This document shows, piece by piece, positions 24,905-35,272 of a DNA stretch of 56,975 bases. Made by a program: the position numbers and the translations under genes. The notes under the pieces were generated by a model, which saw nothing but the letters and a program-made list of their open reading frames with translations, was not told the DNA's origin and ran no database searches. Position 1 is the first letter of the stretch; each line of letters opens with the position of its first letter. Origin of the DNA: Candidatus Limnocylindria bacterium (GTDB taxonomy: Bacteria > Chloroflexota > Limnocylindria > QHBO01); assembly GCA_038253355.1 (NCBI GenBank), contig JBBSHF010000003.1, positions 1 to 56,975 on the forward strand, read 5' to 3'.

Positions 24905-27010
24905 TCAGGGAATCCAGCGTGGGAGCGTCCCCTGCTGCGCGCGCTGCTCCACCTGTCCGCTGCCGATGTTCGCCAGCCAGATGCCGCCATCCTGGTCGGA
25001 CGCCTCGGTGACGCGCGCGAGCAGCAGACGGTCGGGATCCGGCGTGAAGGCGATGGCGCGCACCACGACCCCCGGTACCGGCTCTCGGCCCGGGCCACGG
25101 TCGAGCCACGTCAGCCACGCGCCACCGACCGCTGCGCGACCGGCGCTGTCGATGCGCACGTAGGCGATGCGCCCGTTGGCGTCGACTGCGGGGCCCATGA
25201 CGCCGAGCGGCAGGTCGGTCGTGCGTACCTCGGATGCGCCGCGATCGAGGCGCATCACGCGCAGCGCGCTCAGCTCGCTGGAGGTCAGCCCGGCGCTGGT
25301 GGGATCGAGCGGCGCGACGGCCTCTTCGGGTCGCGGGTCCCGCAAATCTCGGACACCCATGGGCAGCTCATTCACCAGCACAGCGCTGGAATCGGGCAGC
25401 CATACCGGCGGACCCAGCGCGTCAGATGCGGCGGAGCTCAGGCTCCCGTCGGAAAGCCGCAGCACCGCGACCCGATGGGCCTGGTCGACGAAGGCCAGGG
25501 CGGTTCCATCCGGCGAATAGCGCGGCGCCCGCAGCAGCCGGGCGGGCGGAGCCTCGCCTGCGGAGCCCGACGACGATGAGGTGACCGTGGGGCTCGGCTC
25601 CCCGGGAACCCGGACCTGCTGCGGGTCGCCGCCACCGGGCGCGCGGGTCCACAGGCCCAGGCCGGCGCCGCTCGCCGCATCGGCGCGGCCGAAAACGATC
25701 TCGGAGCCGTTGGGCGAGTACGACGGGTCGAACTCCAGCATGCCGTCGGCGGTCAGCACTCGGCGCGAGCTGCCGTCGGACCGCTGCTCGACGAGTTGCG
25801 CTCCGTCGCCCACCACGAAGGAGCGCCCGTCGGGCGCGGCGGCATAGGAGCTCACCGGCGAGAGCTCCGTCGAGAGCTGCCGCTGCCCGGTCCCATCGGG
25901 ATTCATGGCCCACAGGTTTGTCACGCCCGAGCGATCGGAGAGGTACACGACCTGGTTGCTGAGCCCCGCGATTGGCGCACCGGTCAGGAAGGTCCAGCTG
26001 ATGGGGGCTGACATGCGCGAGCCATCGGCTGCACGAAGCTTCGGGGCGAGGGTGACCTCGAAGGTCGTGTTCGGAGGCAGCGGGCCCGATGGCTGGAATC
26101 GCAGGATGCGCAGCTCGTGGTCCGACAGTCCGGCGGCTCCGGACGGCGTGATGACCCGCAGATTCCCGGCGGTCACCGGCGTGATCTGCAGCAGGTCGCT
26201 GGTCAGGCTGGCAGGATCGAGGGCACGATCGAAGACGATCGCAATGGGCGAAGTGACCGCGATCCCCTCGCTCCCATCGGCGGGAACCACCGTCGTCCCC
26301 GAGAGGCTGGCGGTGACCGTCGAGAACTGCAGGCTGAAGGCCTCGGCGAGCGGCGTTCCGGCCAGGTCGTGCGCCGCGGTACCGATGCGCAGCGTGTACT
26401 GCTGGGCAGCCTCCAGTGCGTGGGCGGGCACGACGGCCAGCTCCTCGCCACTCCAGCGCAGCCGATATTCGAGCTGCGGCGAGACATGCAGTGCGGCGGC
26501 CACCGCCGAGGTGTCCATCAGGGTCGAGAAGGTGATCTGGACCGATGCGTCGAGCGGAACATCGGCCGCATCGCTCCCCGGATCGCTGCTCGCCACTCGC
26601 GGCTCACCGACGGTGGTGAATCCGAAATGCTGCGACCCGGCCTGCATCACGTTGCCGGCGGGGTCGCGCGCGCCGGGCGCGATGCTCACCGTGAACTGAG
26701 TCTTCAGCGACAGGCGCTCGAGTGGCGTGAAGATCATGGTGCTGCCGCTCCAGCTGAAGGAGCCTCGGACCTGCGGCTCCATGCGAAACGCTCGCTCGGC
26801 GCTCGTCGTCACGACCGGTTCGGAGAAGTCGACCTCCAGGCTGGTCGTGGTGAGCGCCACCGATTGGTCGCCCGAGAGGTGCTGGGTCAACGCGAATGAG
26901 GTGACCGCCGGTGGTCGCGAATCGACGGTGCTGGCGTAATACAGGATGCCTGCCAATGCGACGCCGCCAACGCCGAAGATCGCGATGGTCCGGAGCAGCA
27001 GACGCCGCAC
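24905..27010 (-). CDS. Exported protein with three Big_5 Ig-like domains and a TolB-like propeller
   Basis: N-terminal TM, three repeats of ...I.FS.../L.P.T.Y..I...A.D..G, then SDRSG..NLW and SPDG repeats. Confidence 0.8.
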   Translation of the reverse strand: MRRLLLRTIAIFGVGGVALAGILYYASTVDSRPPAVTSFALTQHLSGDQSVALTTTSLEVDFSEPVVTTSAERAFRMEPQVRGSFSWSGSTMIFTPLERLSLKTQFTVSIAPGARDPAGNVMQAGSQHFGFTTVGEPRVASSDPGSDAADVPLDASVQITFSTLMDTSAVAAALHVSPQLEYRLRWSGEELAVVPAHALEAAQQYTLRIGTAAHDLAGTPLAEAFSLQFSTVTASLSGTTVVPADGSEGIAVTSPIAIVFDRALDPASLTSDLLQITPVTAGNLRVITPSGAAGLSDHELRILRFQPSGPLPPNTTFEVTLAPKLRAADGSRMSAPISWTFLTGAPIAGLSNQVVYLSDRSGVTNLWAMNPDGTGQRQLSTELSPVSSYAAAPDGRSFVVGDGAQLVEQRSDGSSRRVLTADGMLEFDPSYSPNGSEIVFGRADAASGAGLGLWTRAPGGGDPQQVRVPGEPSPTVTSSSSGSAGEAPPARLLRAPRYSPDGTALAFVDQAHRVAVLRLSDGSLSSAASDALGPPVWLPDSSAVLVNELPMGVRDLRDPRPEEAVAPLDPTSAGLTSSELSALRVMRLDRGASEVRTTDLPLGVMGPAVDANGRIAYVRIDSAGRAAVGGAWLTWLDRGPGREPVPGVVVRAIAFTPDPDRLLLARVTEASDQDGGIWLANIGSGQVEQRAQQGTLPRWIP

Positions 27011-27013
27011 GGA

Positions 27014-28429
27014 CTAGCTGTGTCGGAGTCGAGCGGGCAGGATCTGCAGCTCGTCGCGGTACTTGGCCACCGTGCGGCGGGCGATCGACACGCCATCGGA
27101 CAGGAGCAGGTCGGCGATCTCCTGATCCGAGTATGGGTTTCCCGGCTCCTCCGCCTCGATCATCCTGCGGATCTGGTCCTTGATGCCCAACGAGGCGGTG
27201 AAGAAGTGGCTGAAGGGCACCACCTCACCGGCAGGGATCATCACGAACTTGTCGGCTGTGGCACGGCTCACCGTCGATTCGTGCATCCCGATCAGCTCGC
27301 CCACCTCGGCGCGGGTCAGCGACACGAGGTGTTGCACGCCGTGCAGCAGGTAGCCTCGCTGTCGCTCGCACAGACATTCGGCGATGCGCTGCATCGTGGC
27401 CCGCCGCCGGTTGATGTTGTCGATGAAGAACTTGGCGCGGCCGACGTAATCGCGCACATGCTGCTTCTCATTCTCGGTCGCCTCAGCGCTGCGCAGGTGC
27501 GACGAGAGGCTGGAGTAGATGGGCGTCACGCGCAGGCTGAATCGCCGCGACTCGACGACCTCCACCAGCAGCTCGTCATCGGTCGAACGGATGATCACGT
27601 CGGGACGAATGATCGTCCGTGAACTGCCGCCGCTGACCGCCGCAGTGAAGGCCGAGGTGGGGTACGGGTTCAGGTTGGACTTCACGAATTCCCAGGTGCC
27701 GAGCACGGCATCGGTAGGCACGCCCAGCTGCAGCGCGATCTCGCGGAACTTGCGCTCGCCGAGATGCCGCAGGTGGTCGCGCACCACCGCCTCGGCGATC
27801 TCCGGCACAACGACCTCGTCGTCGAATTCGCGAAGGTGGGCGATCTGGGCCAGGAGGCTCTCGGTGATCGAGCGTGAGCCGATGCCGATCGGCTCGAGGC
27901 CGCGCATCGCATCGAGGACCTGCCGCACGTCCCCGGTCGAGACGCCGGTGGCGGCTGCGATCGCCTCGTCGCTCTCGGTCAGGAACCCGCTCTCGTCCAG
28001 CGCGCCGATGACGTAGTCGGCGACCGGATGAAGCCACGTCGGCAGGAGCGCGTAAAGGTTCCAGGTGAGATGCTCGCTCAGCGTGAACTCGGCCTCCGCG
28101 CGCGCGATGGGGTCGAGCTCATCAGCTTCGTCGCGCAGGCGCTGCTGGGAGTCGGCCGGCAGTTCATCGACCGCCGAGTCGGCCGGGTTGCCGTCGTTCG
28201 CCTTGCGGGGCATGCATTCCGTGCAGAAGTTGCCCGTCACCGGCGAGCCGCAGATAGGGCAGCTCGCCATCTCGAGCATCTCGAGCGCAGGATTCTCGTC
28301 GAGCTCCTGGCTGATCGCGTCGTGGAGCTCAACAGAGCTCATCTGCAGGATGTAGTTCGCGGCGATCTGCTTGGGCGTGACCTTGACCTGCATGGTCGGC
28401 TGCAGCTGCTGCTTCAGATCGAGCGACAT
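27014..28429 (-). CDS. rpoN: RNA polymerase sigma-54 factor
   Basis: Gln-rich region I, ENPALE, HESTVSRA HTH and RpoN box ARRTVAKYR. Confidence 0.97.
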   Translation of the reverse strand: MSLDLKQQLQPTMQVKVTPKQIAANYILQMSSVELHDAISQELDENPALEMLEMASCPICGSPVTGNFCTECMPRKANDGNPADSAVDELPADSQQRLRDEADELDPIARAEAEFTLSEHLTWNLYALLPTWLHPVADYVIGALDESGFLTESDEAIAAATGVSTGDVRQVLDAMRGLEPIGIGSRSITESLLAQIAHLREFDDEVVVPEIAEAVVRDHLRHLGERKFREIALQLGVPTDAVLGTWEFVKSNLNPYPTSAFTAAVSGGSSRTIIRPDVIIRSTDDELLVEVVESRRFSLRVTPIYSSLSSHLRSAEATENEKQHVRDYVGRAKFFIDNINRRRATMQRIAECLCERQRGYLLHGVQHLVSLTRAEVGELIGMHESTVSRATADKFVMIPAGEVVPFSHFFTASLGIKDQIRRMIEAEEPGNPYSDQEIADLLLSDGVSIARRTVAKYRDELQILPARLRHS

Positions 28430-28470
28430 GGCACCTCGGGGCCTCGAGAATGGACGGACGCGGAAGCCGA

Positions 28471-29151
28471 TTATAGGCCCGCTGCCGCAGCCGCTCTCCC
28501 AGCCGATCCGGGCCCCGCCGGGGCGTTGATGCGACGCACGCCGGGCAGGCCGTCACCGAAGGTGATGAGGCTGTAGCCACCCGGATCCTGTGCCAGACGG
28601 CGACGGTAGTCACGCATGGGCCAGGCCAGCAGCGCGGTGAGGCGCAGCCGATTGACATGGTTGTGGGCAACGACGATGGCGCAGCGCGCCCGGTCATCGG
28701 TCAGCCAGGCCTCGAGCGCATCGAAGACCGGGAAGGCACGCCGGGCGACCTGCTCGCCGCTCTCGCCGTCGGGGCATCGCGTGCGATACGGGTCGGCGAT
28801 CCAGGCCCGGCGCAGCTCGGGGTCGCGGGCAAGGCATTCGTCGGCGGTCAGCCCGTCCCAGGCGCCGTAGTTGATCTCGATCAGGCCTGGCTCGATCTCC
28901 ACCGATGCGGGGTCGATGCCCAACATCCGGGCGATCGGCTCCGCAGTCTGGCGGCAGCGCAGCGCCGGGCTGCTGACCAGTCGGATGGTGTCGTGCGGCA
29001 GCTCCGTGAGCTCGGCCGACAGCGTGCTGGCCAGGGCACCGCCCAGGCTCATCCCCTCGGGCGCCAGTGGCGGGTCCTCGCGGCGCCCCAGGTTTCGCCC
29101 ACCGGCGCTCGCCGCCGTGATCGAATGCCTGATCAGGAAGAGGCTGCCCAT
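28471..29151 (-). CDS. Histidine phosphatase (PGAM-like) family protein
   Basis: LIRHS, SSPALRC.QTA, EINYGAWDG, GES and VVAH. Confidence 0.9.
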   Translation of the reverse strand: MGSLFLIRHSITAASAGGRNLGRREDPPLAPEGMSLGGALASTLSAELTELPHDTIRLVSSPALRCRQTAEPIARMLGIDPASVEIEPGLIEINYGAWDGLTADECLARDPELRRAWIADPYRTRCPDGESGEQVARRAFPVFDALEAWLTDDRARCAIVVAHNHVNRLRLTALLAWPMRDYRRRLAQDPGGYSLITFGDGLPGVRRINAPAGPGSAGRAAAAAGL

Positions 29152-29233
29152 CGATTGGAGTCTAGCCTCGACCAATGCGAGCGGTGCGGTATGCTACCGG
29201 CCGCCCGCATCTCCATCGCCCCACGGAGCGCCG

Positions 29234-29926
29234 ATGACCTACGCACCCGATCCGACCAGCAGCGACGGCACGCCCACGAACGGCGATCGGCCCGTCCGCC
29301 GCGGCCTCGGATGCGCCTTCGAGATCGTCGAGACGCTCGTACTCACCCTCGTCATCTACCTGCTCATCCACAACTTCGTGGCGCAGCCATTCGAAGTCCA
29401 GCAGCAATCGATGATGGCCACCATCAACCCGGGTGAGTACGTCCTGATCGAGAAGGTGACTTCCCGCTTCGGCGACTACCAGCGCGGCGACATCATCGTC
29501 TTCCACCCGCCCGCCGGGGCTGACCAGGGGAACGGAATCCCGTTCATCAAGCGCATCATCGGCCTCCCCGGCGACACGGTCCGACTGGAGAACGGCCGGG
29601 TCCTCATCACGCCGGCCGATGGTCAGGCCGTGCGCCTCAACGAGCCCTACGTGATCAAGGGCAGCGACGGTCGATCGGCAGCGACGCTGCCGCATGCTCC
29701 CGATGCCACAGCAAGCTGGACCGTGCCGCGGGGAAGCTTCTTCGTGATGGGCGACAATCGAACCTCGAGCGAGGACTCCCGGGTATTCGGCGCCATCAGC
29801 CGCGAGTCGATCATCGGACGGGCGTGGCTGCGCTACTTCCCGCTGGACCGCATCGGGTTCGTGGAACGGCCGGTGTACGCCGGCCTTGCCGCGCAGCAGG
29901 CGACCACCTCCGCGCCGGGGAGCTAG
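29234..29926 (+). CDS. lepB: Signal peptidase I
   Basis: TM, SM.ATI (Ser), IKRIIGLPGD (Lys) and GDNR.SSEDSR. Confidence 0.96.
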   Translation: MTYAPDPTSSDGTPTNGDRPVRRGLGCAFEIVETLVLTLVIYLLIHNFVAQPFEVQQQSMMATINPGEYVLIEKVTSRFGDYQRGDIIVFHPPAGADQGNGIPFIKRIIGLPGDTVRLENGRVLITPADGQAVRLNEPYVIKGSDGRSAATLPHAPDATASWTVPRGSFFVMGDNRTSSEDSRVFGAISRESIIGRAWLRYFPLDRIGFVERPVYAGLAAQQATTSAPGS

Positions 29927-30381
29927 CTCTCCTGGGCCAGTACCCAGGGGTCGATCGCGCGCTCATAATCGAGCAGCGTGGCGTCCGCGAACCACAGCTG
30001 CAGCTCAGCGACCGACGTCTCGGGAGCGTCGGAGGCGTGAATCAGGTTGCGCAGGCCGCTCAACCCGAAGTCTCCTCGGATCGTGCCTGCATCGGCCTCG
30101 TTTGGCATCGTCTTGCCCACCAGGCGGCGCACCGTGGCGATCACATCAGGCCCTTCGAGGGCGAGCGCGGCCACCGGCCCGGAGGTGATGAACTCGACCA
30201 GGCTCGGATAGAACGACTTGCCGGCATGCACCGCGTAGTGGCGCTCGGCCATCTCTCGCGACACCGTCAGCAGCCGCAGGCCAACGATCTTGAAGCCCTT
30301 GCGCTCGAAGCGCGCGATGATCTCGCCGACCAGGCCGCGCTGCACGCCGTCGGGCTTGACGACGATCAGGGTGCGTTCCAT
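29923..30381 (-). CDS. ndk: Nucleoside diphosphate kinase
   Basis: MERTL..KPDGV.R, GTIRGDF and NLIHASD. Confidence 0.98.
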   Translation of the reverse strand: MERTLIVVKPDGVQRGLVGEIIARFERKGFKIVGLRLLTVSREMAERHYAVHAGKSFYPSLVEFITSGPVAALALEGPDVIATVRRLVGKTMPNEADAGTIRGDFGLSGLRNLIHASDAPETSVAELQLWFADATLLDYERAIDPWVLAQES

Positions 30382-30457
30382 TGCGTTCCTCGTTGTGCTC
30401 TCTTCATGAGATGGTCGCGGCGGGCACGGGGCGCAACGGCATTCGACATCTGACCGA

Positions 30458-31225
30458 TCAGGCCCCGGCGGCGCGGTCGTAGGCGGCCGATGAATCGGCC
30501 ATCCGGCCCGATGCCCGCAGCAGATCGCCGTAGAGTAGCAGCCGCGGCGGCCCCGACTGCGCATCGAGGCTGGGTTCGATGAGCGCGACCCCCTCCGCCG
30601 CGACCCGCGGGTCGAGGCGCAGCGCCACGCTCAGCTCAGCATCACCGTGACCAAGGTCGCCCGCCCCGTAAGCCTGGCGTGCCGCTTCGAGCCGCGCATG
30701 CGCCGCCGCGGTTCGTTGCGGCGGCGGCTCACCGGGCGGTGGCTGCGGCGGCGCCAACGGGCGCCGGGCACCGGGCCGCAACGAGGCAGGCAACGGCCAG
30801 CCGAGCCGCGTCGGGACGCCGCCACGCAGGCGCCACGCCTCGTCGACGCCGACCGAGCCGAGGACCCGTTCCATGAGCGCGGCCGCGCGATCGGGCTGCC
30901 CGGAGGCGGCGGCGGCCTCCGCCTCGATGAGCATGACCAGTGGCCGCCGACGCTCGAGGGTCGAAGCCCGGATCCCCTCGACAGCGGCACCTGCGGCGAG
31001 TGGACGGCCCTGCCGCCACAGCGCCTCAGCGAGCAGTGCGCGCGCCAGGTCGATCTCCTCCAGCGCGCCGGGTCCCTCGAGCTCGAGCCGCGCGATGCGC
31101 CGTCGCAGGGTCGCCTCGGCGAGCAGCGCCAGCCCGGAGCCGAGCTGGGCGCGAGCCAGCGCCAGGTCGTCCGGAATCAGGTCAACCACGTACTCCTCCA
31201 CTGGGCCGCTCAATGGATCGCTCAC
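30458..31225 (-). CDS. Hypothetical helical-repeat (TPR-like) protein
   Basis: Ala/Leu-rich helical repeats, LYGDLL...G....S..AY. Coupled to the upstream peptidase gene. Confidence 0.65.
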   Translation of the reverse strand: MSDPLSGPVEEYVVDLIPDDLALARAQLGSGLALLAEATLRRRIARLELEGPGALEEIDLARALLAEALWRQGRPLAAGAAVEGIRASTLERRRPLVMLIEAEAAAASGQPDRAAALMERVLGSVGVDEAWRLRGGVPTRLGWPLPASLRPGARRPLAPPQPPPGEPPPQRTAAAHARLEAARQAYGAGDLGHGDAELSVALRLDPRVAAEGVALIEPSLDAQSGPPRLLLYGDLLRASGRMADSSAAYDRAAGA

Positions 31226-32601
31226 CGCCGCAGTGCTCGTTCGAAGCCGCGCGTCGAGCGGAACGGGCCGAGCACGGCCAGGCGCGCCTGGTCGGGACGC
31301 ACGAAGCGCCGCGCCACGCGCAGCAGGTCCTCGACGGTCACCGCCTCGAGCCGCTCGACGACCTCGTCGACGGTCAGGATGCGAGGCAGCAGGCTCTCGC
31401 CCATCCCCAGCCAGCCGGCGACCGCGCCCGTTTCGTCCATGCGCAGCTCAAGGCGGCCGCGGGTGTACGCTCGCGCACGCTCCAGCTCGGTCGAGCTGAT
31501 CGGCTGCTGCACGACCCGCTCGAGCTGCTCGACGATCGCCGCGACCACCTTGTGCGCCTGGTCGGGATCGAAGCCGGCGTGCACACCGAACGTGCCGCAG
31601 TCGGCATACGTGGCGCCGAAGGTGGAGACGTCGTAGGCCAGCGAGCGACGCTCGCGCAGCTCCAGGAAGAGGCGGCTGCTCATCCCGTCCCCCAGCACGG
31701 CGCTGAGCAGGTCGAGCGCCCAGCGGTCCGGGTCGTCGCGAGCGGTGCCGGGCATGCCCAGGCACAGGTTCCCCTGCGACAGCTTGCGGTGCGCGACCTT
31801 CAGCGCGCCCGGCTCGCCAAAGGCCGGCCGGCCTGCGTGTGCGATCCCGGCGTCGGCAGGCGTCAGCGGGGCATCGGCCAGCCACTCGCGCGTCTCGGGG
31901 TCCCACCAGCTCTCCGCCACGCGGCGCACCTCGGCGGGCTCGATGGCGCCGGCGACGGCCAGCACCAGGTGCTCGGGGCCGTACCAGCGGCGCCAGTGCG
32001 CCACCGCTGTCGCCCGCGTGGCGCGACGCACGCTGCGCGGCGAGCCGGCAATCTCGCGCCCGAGCGGGTGGCCGCCGAAGAGGAGCTCGTCGAAGATGGT
32101 AAAGACGTGGTCCGAGGGAGAGTCGACGTACATCCGGATCTCGTCGATGATCACCGGCTTCTCGGCGGCGAGGTCGGCTCGGCGCAGGAGTGGCCGCAGC
32201 GCGAGCTCCGCGACGACCTCCAGCCCGCGCGCGGCGTGCAGGCGCGGAACCCGCGACGAGTAGACGGTCAGCTCACGGTCGGTCGAGGCGTTGACGCTGC
32301 CGCCACTCCCCTCGATCGCCTGGGAGAGCCCGCCGGCATCCGGGTGGCCGCGGGTTCCCTTGAAGACGAGATGCTCGAGCAGGTGCGAGAGGCCCGCCTG
32401 CTCCTCGGTCTCGCGCCGCGAGCCGATTCCCACGAAAAGCGCGACCGCCACCGAGCGCGCCGCGGGCATCGGCTGGGTGATGATCCGCATCCCGTTGCCC
32501 AGGACGCTACGCTCGAATGGTGGCCCGTCGCCGCTCACTGCGGCAGACGGCGTGCGCCGGCGCGCCACGACCCGCCGCGTCCCGGCGAGGCCGCGGCTCA
32601 C
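31222..32601 (-). CDS. M16 (pitrilysin-family) zinc peptidase
   Basis: GSRRE, HLLEH (HxxEH), NAST and SSRLF.ELRE.R.LAY. Start may be the GTG at 32538. Confidence 0.93.
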   Translation of the reverse strand: MSRGLAGTRRVVARRRTPSAAVSGDGPPFERSVLGNGMRIITQPMPAARSVAVALFVGIGSRRETEEQAGLSHLLEHLVFKGTRGHPDAGGLSQAIEGSGGSVNASTDRELTVYSSRVPRLHAARGLEVVAELALRPLLRRADLAAEKPVIIDEIRMYVDSPSDHVFTIFDELLFGGHPLGREIAGSPRSVRRATRATAVAHWRRWYGPEHLVLAVAGAIEPAEVRRVAESWWDPETREWLADAPLTPADAGIAHAGRPAFGEPGALKVAHRKLSQGNLCLGMPGTARDDPDRWALDLLSAVLGDGMSSRLFLELRERRSLAYDVSTFGATYADCGTFGVHAGFDPDQAHKVVAAIVEQLERVVQQPISSTELERARAYTRGRLELRMDETGAVAGWLGMGESLLPRILTVDEVVERLEAVTVEDLLRVARRFVRPDQARLAVLGPFRSTRGFERALRR

Positions 32602-33107
32602 CGCGATGAGTCCTCCTCCTCGTCGGTCGAGTCGGCGACATCGGGCGACATGCTGAGCTCCATCTGGATGAAGCGCAGGTCGCGAGCGAGCTCATCGGCG
32701 TTGCGCGGCAGGGGTCGTCCGTTCGGCTGCAGCTCGTCGCCGTCGGCCGGATGCGGGGTGGCGGTGGCGAACTCCATCACCACCCGCTCGCTGCCGATCA
32801 CCAGCGTGTAGACCAGGAGCTGCTCCGAGGTGGTGTCGAACTGCAGGTAGTCGAAGGAGTCGAGGTTCAGGCAGATCGCCAGTGGCGTGAAGTAGCTGGC
32901 GATCTCCGGATGATCGACCACCACGCGCTCCACCCAGCCCGTGCCGCTGCTCGTGACCTGGTTGCCACGGTAGTAGGTGTAGCTGACGGTCTGCTTGAGC
33001 AGCGGACGCAGGATGTTGTAGATGTCGCCACGATTGGTGACGACGCCGGTGTTGATGTAGAGCTTGGCTCGTGCCTCGGACATCGGCTTCTCGATCAGAC
33101 GCGACAA
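32598..33107 (-). CDS. Hypothetical protein
   Basis: Coding-like composition, GTGA coupling to the M16 gene and upstream -10 TAGACT. Start may be the ATG at 33083. Confidence 0.75.
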   Translation of the reverse strand: MSRLIEKPMSEARAKLYINTGVVTNRGDIYNILRPLLKQTVSYTYYRGNQVTSSGTGWVERVVVDHPEIASYFTPLAICLNLDSFDYLQFDTTSEQLLVYTLVIGSERVVMEFATATPHPADGDELQPNGRPLPRNADELARDLRFIQMELSMSPDVADSTDEEEDSSR

Positions 33108-33181
33108 GGTGGCTAGTCGGCGAGTCTAGCACCAGGCCGATGTGAGCCGGGTGTCGTCGGCCGACTGGTACGATACGGCGC

Positions 33182-33994
33182 GTGAAGCTGCTGGCCGCCG
33201 ACATCGGCAACACGAACACCACGCTCGGCCTCTTTGCAGACGACGAGCTGGTGGGATCGTGGCGTGCTTCGACGCGCGCCAACGCGACGGATGACGAGGT
33301 GGCCGCCCTCAGCGCCGGCCTGCTTTCGCTCGACGGCCATCGCCTCGATGAGCTCGACGCGGTGGCGCTGGCGAGCGTGGTGCCGCCGCTGACCTCGACC
33401 TACGAGCGCTTCCTGCGCACCCGCCTCGGGATCGAGCCGATGCTGCTCGATGCCGCCTCGCTGGCATCAGTGCTGCCGATCGAGATCGACCGTCCCTCCG
33501 AGGCCGGTGCCGACCGGCTGGTCAACGCGCTCGCGGCACGCACCGAGTTCGGTGGCCCGGCAATCGTGGTCGACCTCGGCACCAGCACGAACTTCGACCT
33601 CGTCTCGGCCGATGGTGCCTATCTCGGCGGGGCCATCGCCCCCGGGCTGGGCCTCTCGCTCGAGGCGCTGGTGGGCTACGCCAGCAATCTGCCGCGCATC
33701 GAGCTGGCGCGGCCGCCGCACGCCATCGGCACCAACACGCTGCACGCCATGCAGAGCGGGACCGTGCTGGGATACATCGGGCTGGTGAGTGGCCTGCTGA
33801 CCGCGCTGCGCGGTGAGCTGCTCGAGCGGTCGCCGGCTGGCTCGCGCATCAACGTGGTGGCGACCGGCGGGTACACTCACGAGGCGTGGCTGCGCGACGT
33901 GCCGGGCATCGACGCCATCGAGCCGGACCTGACGCTGCGCGGCGTGCACTACGCCTGGCAGGCGCTGAGCGCCACCGCGGAGCTGCCGCGATGA
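33182..33994 (+). CDS. coaX: Type III pantothenate kinase
   Basis: DIGNTNT, GADR, VDLGT, GGAIAPG and ATGG. Confidence 0.96.
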   Translation: MKLLAADIGNTNTTLGLFADDELVGSWRASTRANATDDEVAALSAGLLSLDGHRLDELDAVALASVVPPLTSTYERFLRTRLGIEPMLLDAASLASVLPIEIDRPSEAGADRLVNALAARTEFGGPAIVVDLGTSTNFDLVSADGAYLGGAIAPGLGLSLEALVGYASNLPRIELARPPHAIGTNTLHAMQSGTVLGYIGLVSGLLTALRGELLERSPAGSRINVVATGGYTHEAWLRDVPGIDAIEPDLTLRGVHYAWQALSATAELPR

Positions 33995-35265
33995 GCGAGG
34001 AGCGCCTCGGCTCGCTCGCCGGCCGGCGGATCGTCGTTGGCGTGAGCGGCAGCATCGCCGCATACAAGGCGGTTCTCCTCGTTCGTCGGCTGCTCGAGGG
34101 CGGAGCCATCGTGGACGTGGTGATGACGCCGGCGGCCACGCGCTTCGTCGGACCGCTGACCTTTGCCGCGCTCACCCATCGCCCGGTGCTCAGCGACGTG
34201 CTGGAGCTCGACGGCGAGCAGCAGATCGCGCACATCGAGCTCGCCGAGGGAGCGGACGCGGTGGTCATCGCGCCCGCGACCGCCAACCTGCTCGCCCAGC
34301 TGGCCGCCGGCCTCGTCCACGACGCCCTGGGAGCGGTGGTCTGCGCCAGTCGCGCGCCAGTGGTGCTCGCGCCTGCAATGGACGCCGGAATGTGGACCCA
34401 CCCGGCGACGCAGCGCAACGTCGCGACGCTGCGTGATTTTGGCTACCTGATCGTGGAGCCGGAGGTCGGCGTGCTTGCCAGCGGGCTGACCGGCATCGGG
34501 CGCCTGGCCGAGCCGGGGCGCATCGCCGAGGCTGTTGAGCGACTCTTCGCGCGCTCCGGCGACCTGGACGGCGTGCACGTGGTGGTCAGCACCGGCGGCA
34601 CTCGCGAGCCAATCGACCCGGTGCGCTTCATCGGCAATCGCAGCAGCGGCAAGATGGGCGTGGCGATCGCCGAGGCTGCCCGCGACCGCGGCGCGACGGT
34701 GACGCTGATCGCCGGCGCCATGAGCGTCACCCGGCCCCACGGCCTGACGGTGGTCAACGCCACCACGGCGGCAGCCATGCGCGAGGCCGTGATCCGCGCG
34801 GCGCCGCAGGCCGACATCCTGGTCATGGCCGCGGCGGTCGCCGATTTCGCACCGGTTCGTGCCGCGAGCCGCAAGCTCAAGCGCGATGGATCAACCCTGA
34901 AGATCGACCTCGTCCCCAACCCGGATATCATCGCCGAAGTGGGCGAGATGCCCGCCGACGTGCGGCCGTTCCTCATCGGTTTCGCGGCCGAGAGCGACGA
35001 GCTGGAGGCCAACGCCACCGGCAAGCTGCGCGACAAGGGCCTGGACCTGATCGTCGGCAACGTGGTGGGCGGGCCGTTCGACGCGATCGGCTCGGACGAG
35101 AACAAGGTCACCGTGTTCGGCCGTGAAGGACCGCTGACCGATTGGCCGATGCTCCCCAAGCGGCAGGTCGCCGAGCGGCTCTGGGACCTGATCGCCGATC
35201 GCTATCGGCAGGCCAGCGGCGACGTTCACTCGGACAGCTCGCCGGAGAGCGACCGCCGCCGGTGA
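33991..35265 (+). CDS. coaBC: Phosphopantothenoylcysteine decarboxylase/ligase
   Basis: GSIAAYK, APATAN, PAM..GMW, TREPIDPVRFIGNRSSGKMG and GFAAE. Confidence 0.97.
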   Translation: MSEERLGSLAGRRIVVGVSGSIAAYKAVLLVRRLLEGGAIVDVVMTPAATRFVGPLTFAALTHRPVLSDVLELDGEQQIAHIELAEGADAVVIAPATANLLAQLAAGLVHDALGAVVCASRAPVVLAPAMDAGMWTHPATQRNVATLRDFGYLIVEPEVGVLASGLTGIGRLAEPGRIAEAVERLFARSGDLDGVHVVVSTGGTREPIDPVRFIGNRSSGKMGVAIAEAARDRGATVTLIAGAMSVTRPHGLTVVNATTAAAMREAVIRAAPQADILVMAAAVADFAPVRAASRKLKRDGSTLKIDLVPNPDIIAEVGEMPADVRPFLIGFAAESDELEANATGKLRDKGLDLIVGNVVGGPFDAIGSDENKVTVFGREGPLTDWPMLPKRQVAERLWDLIADRYRQASGDVHSDSSPESDRRR

Positions 35266-35272
35266 AGCCGCG

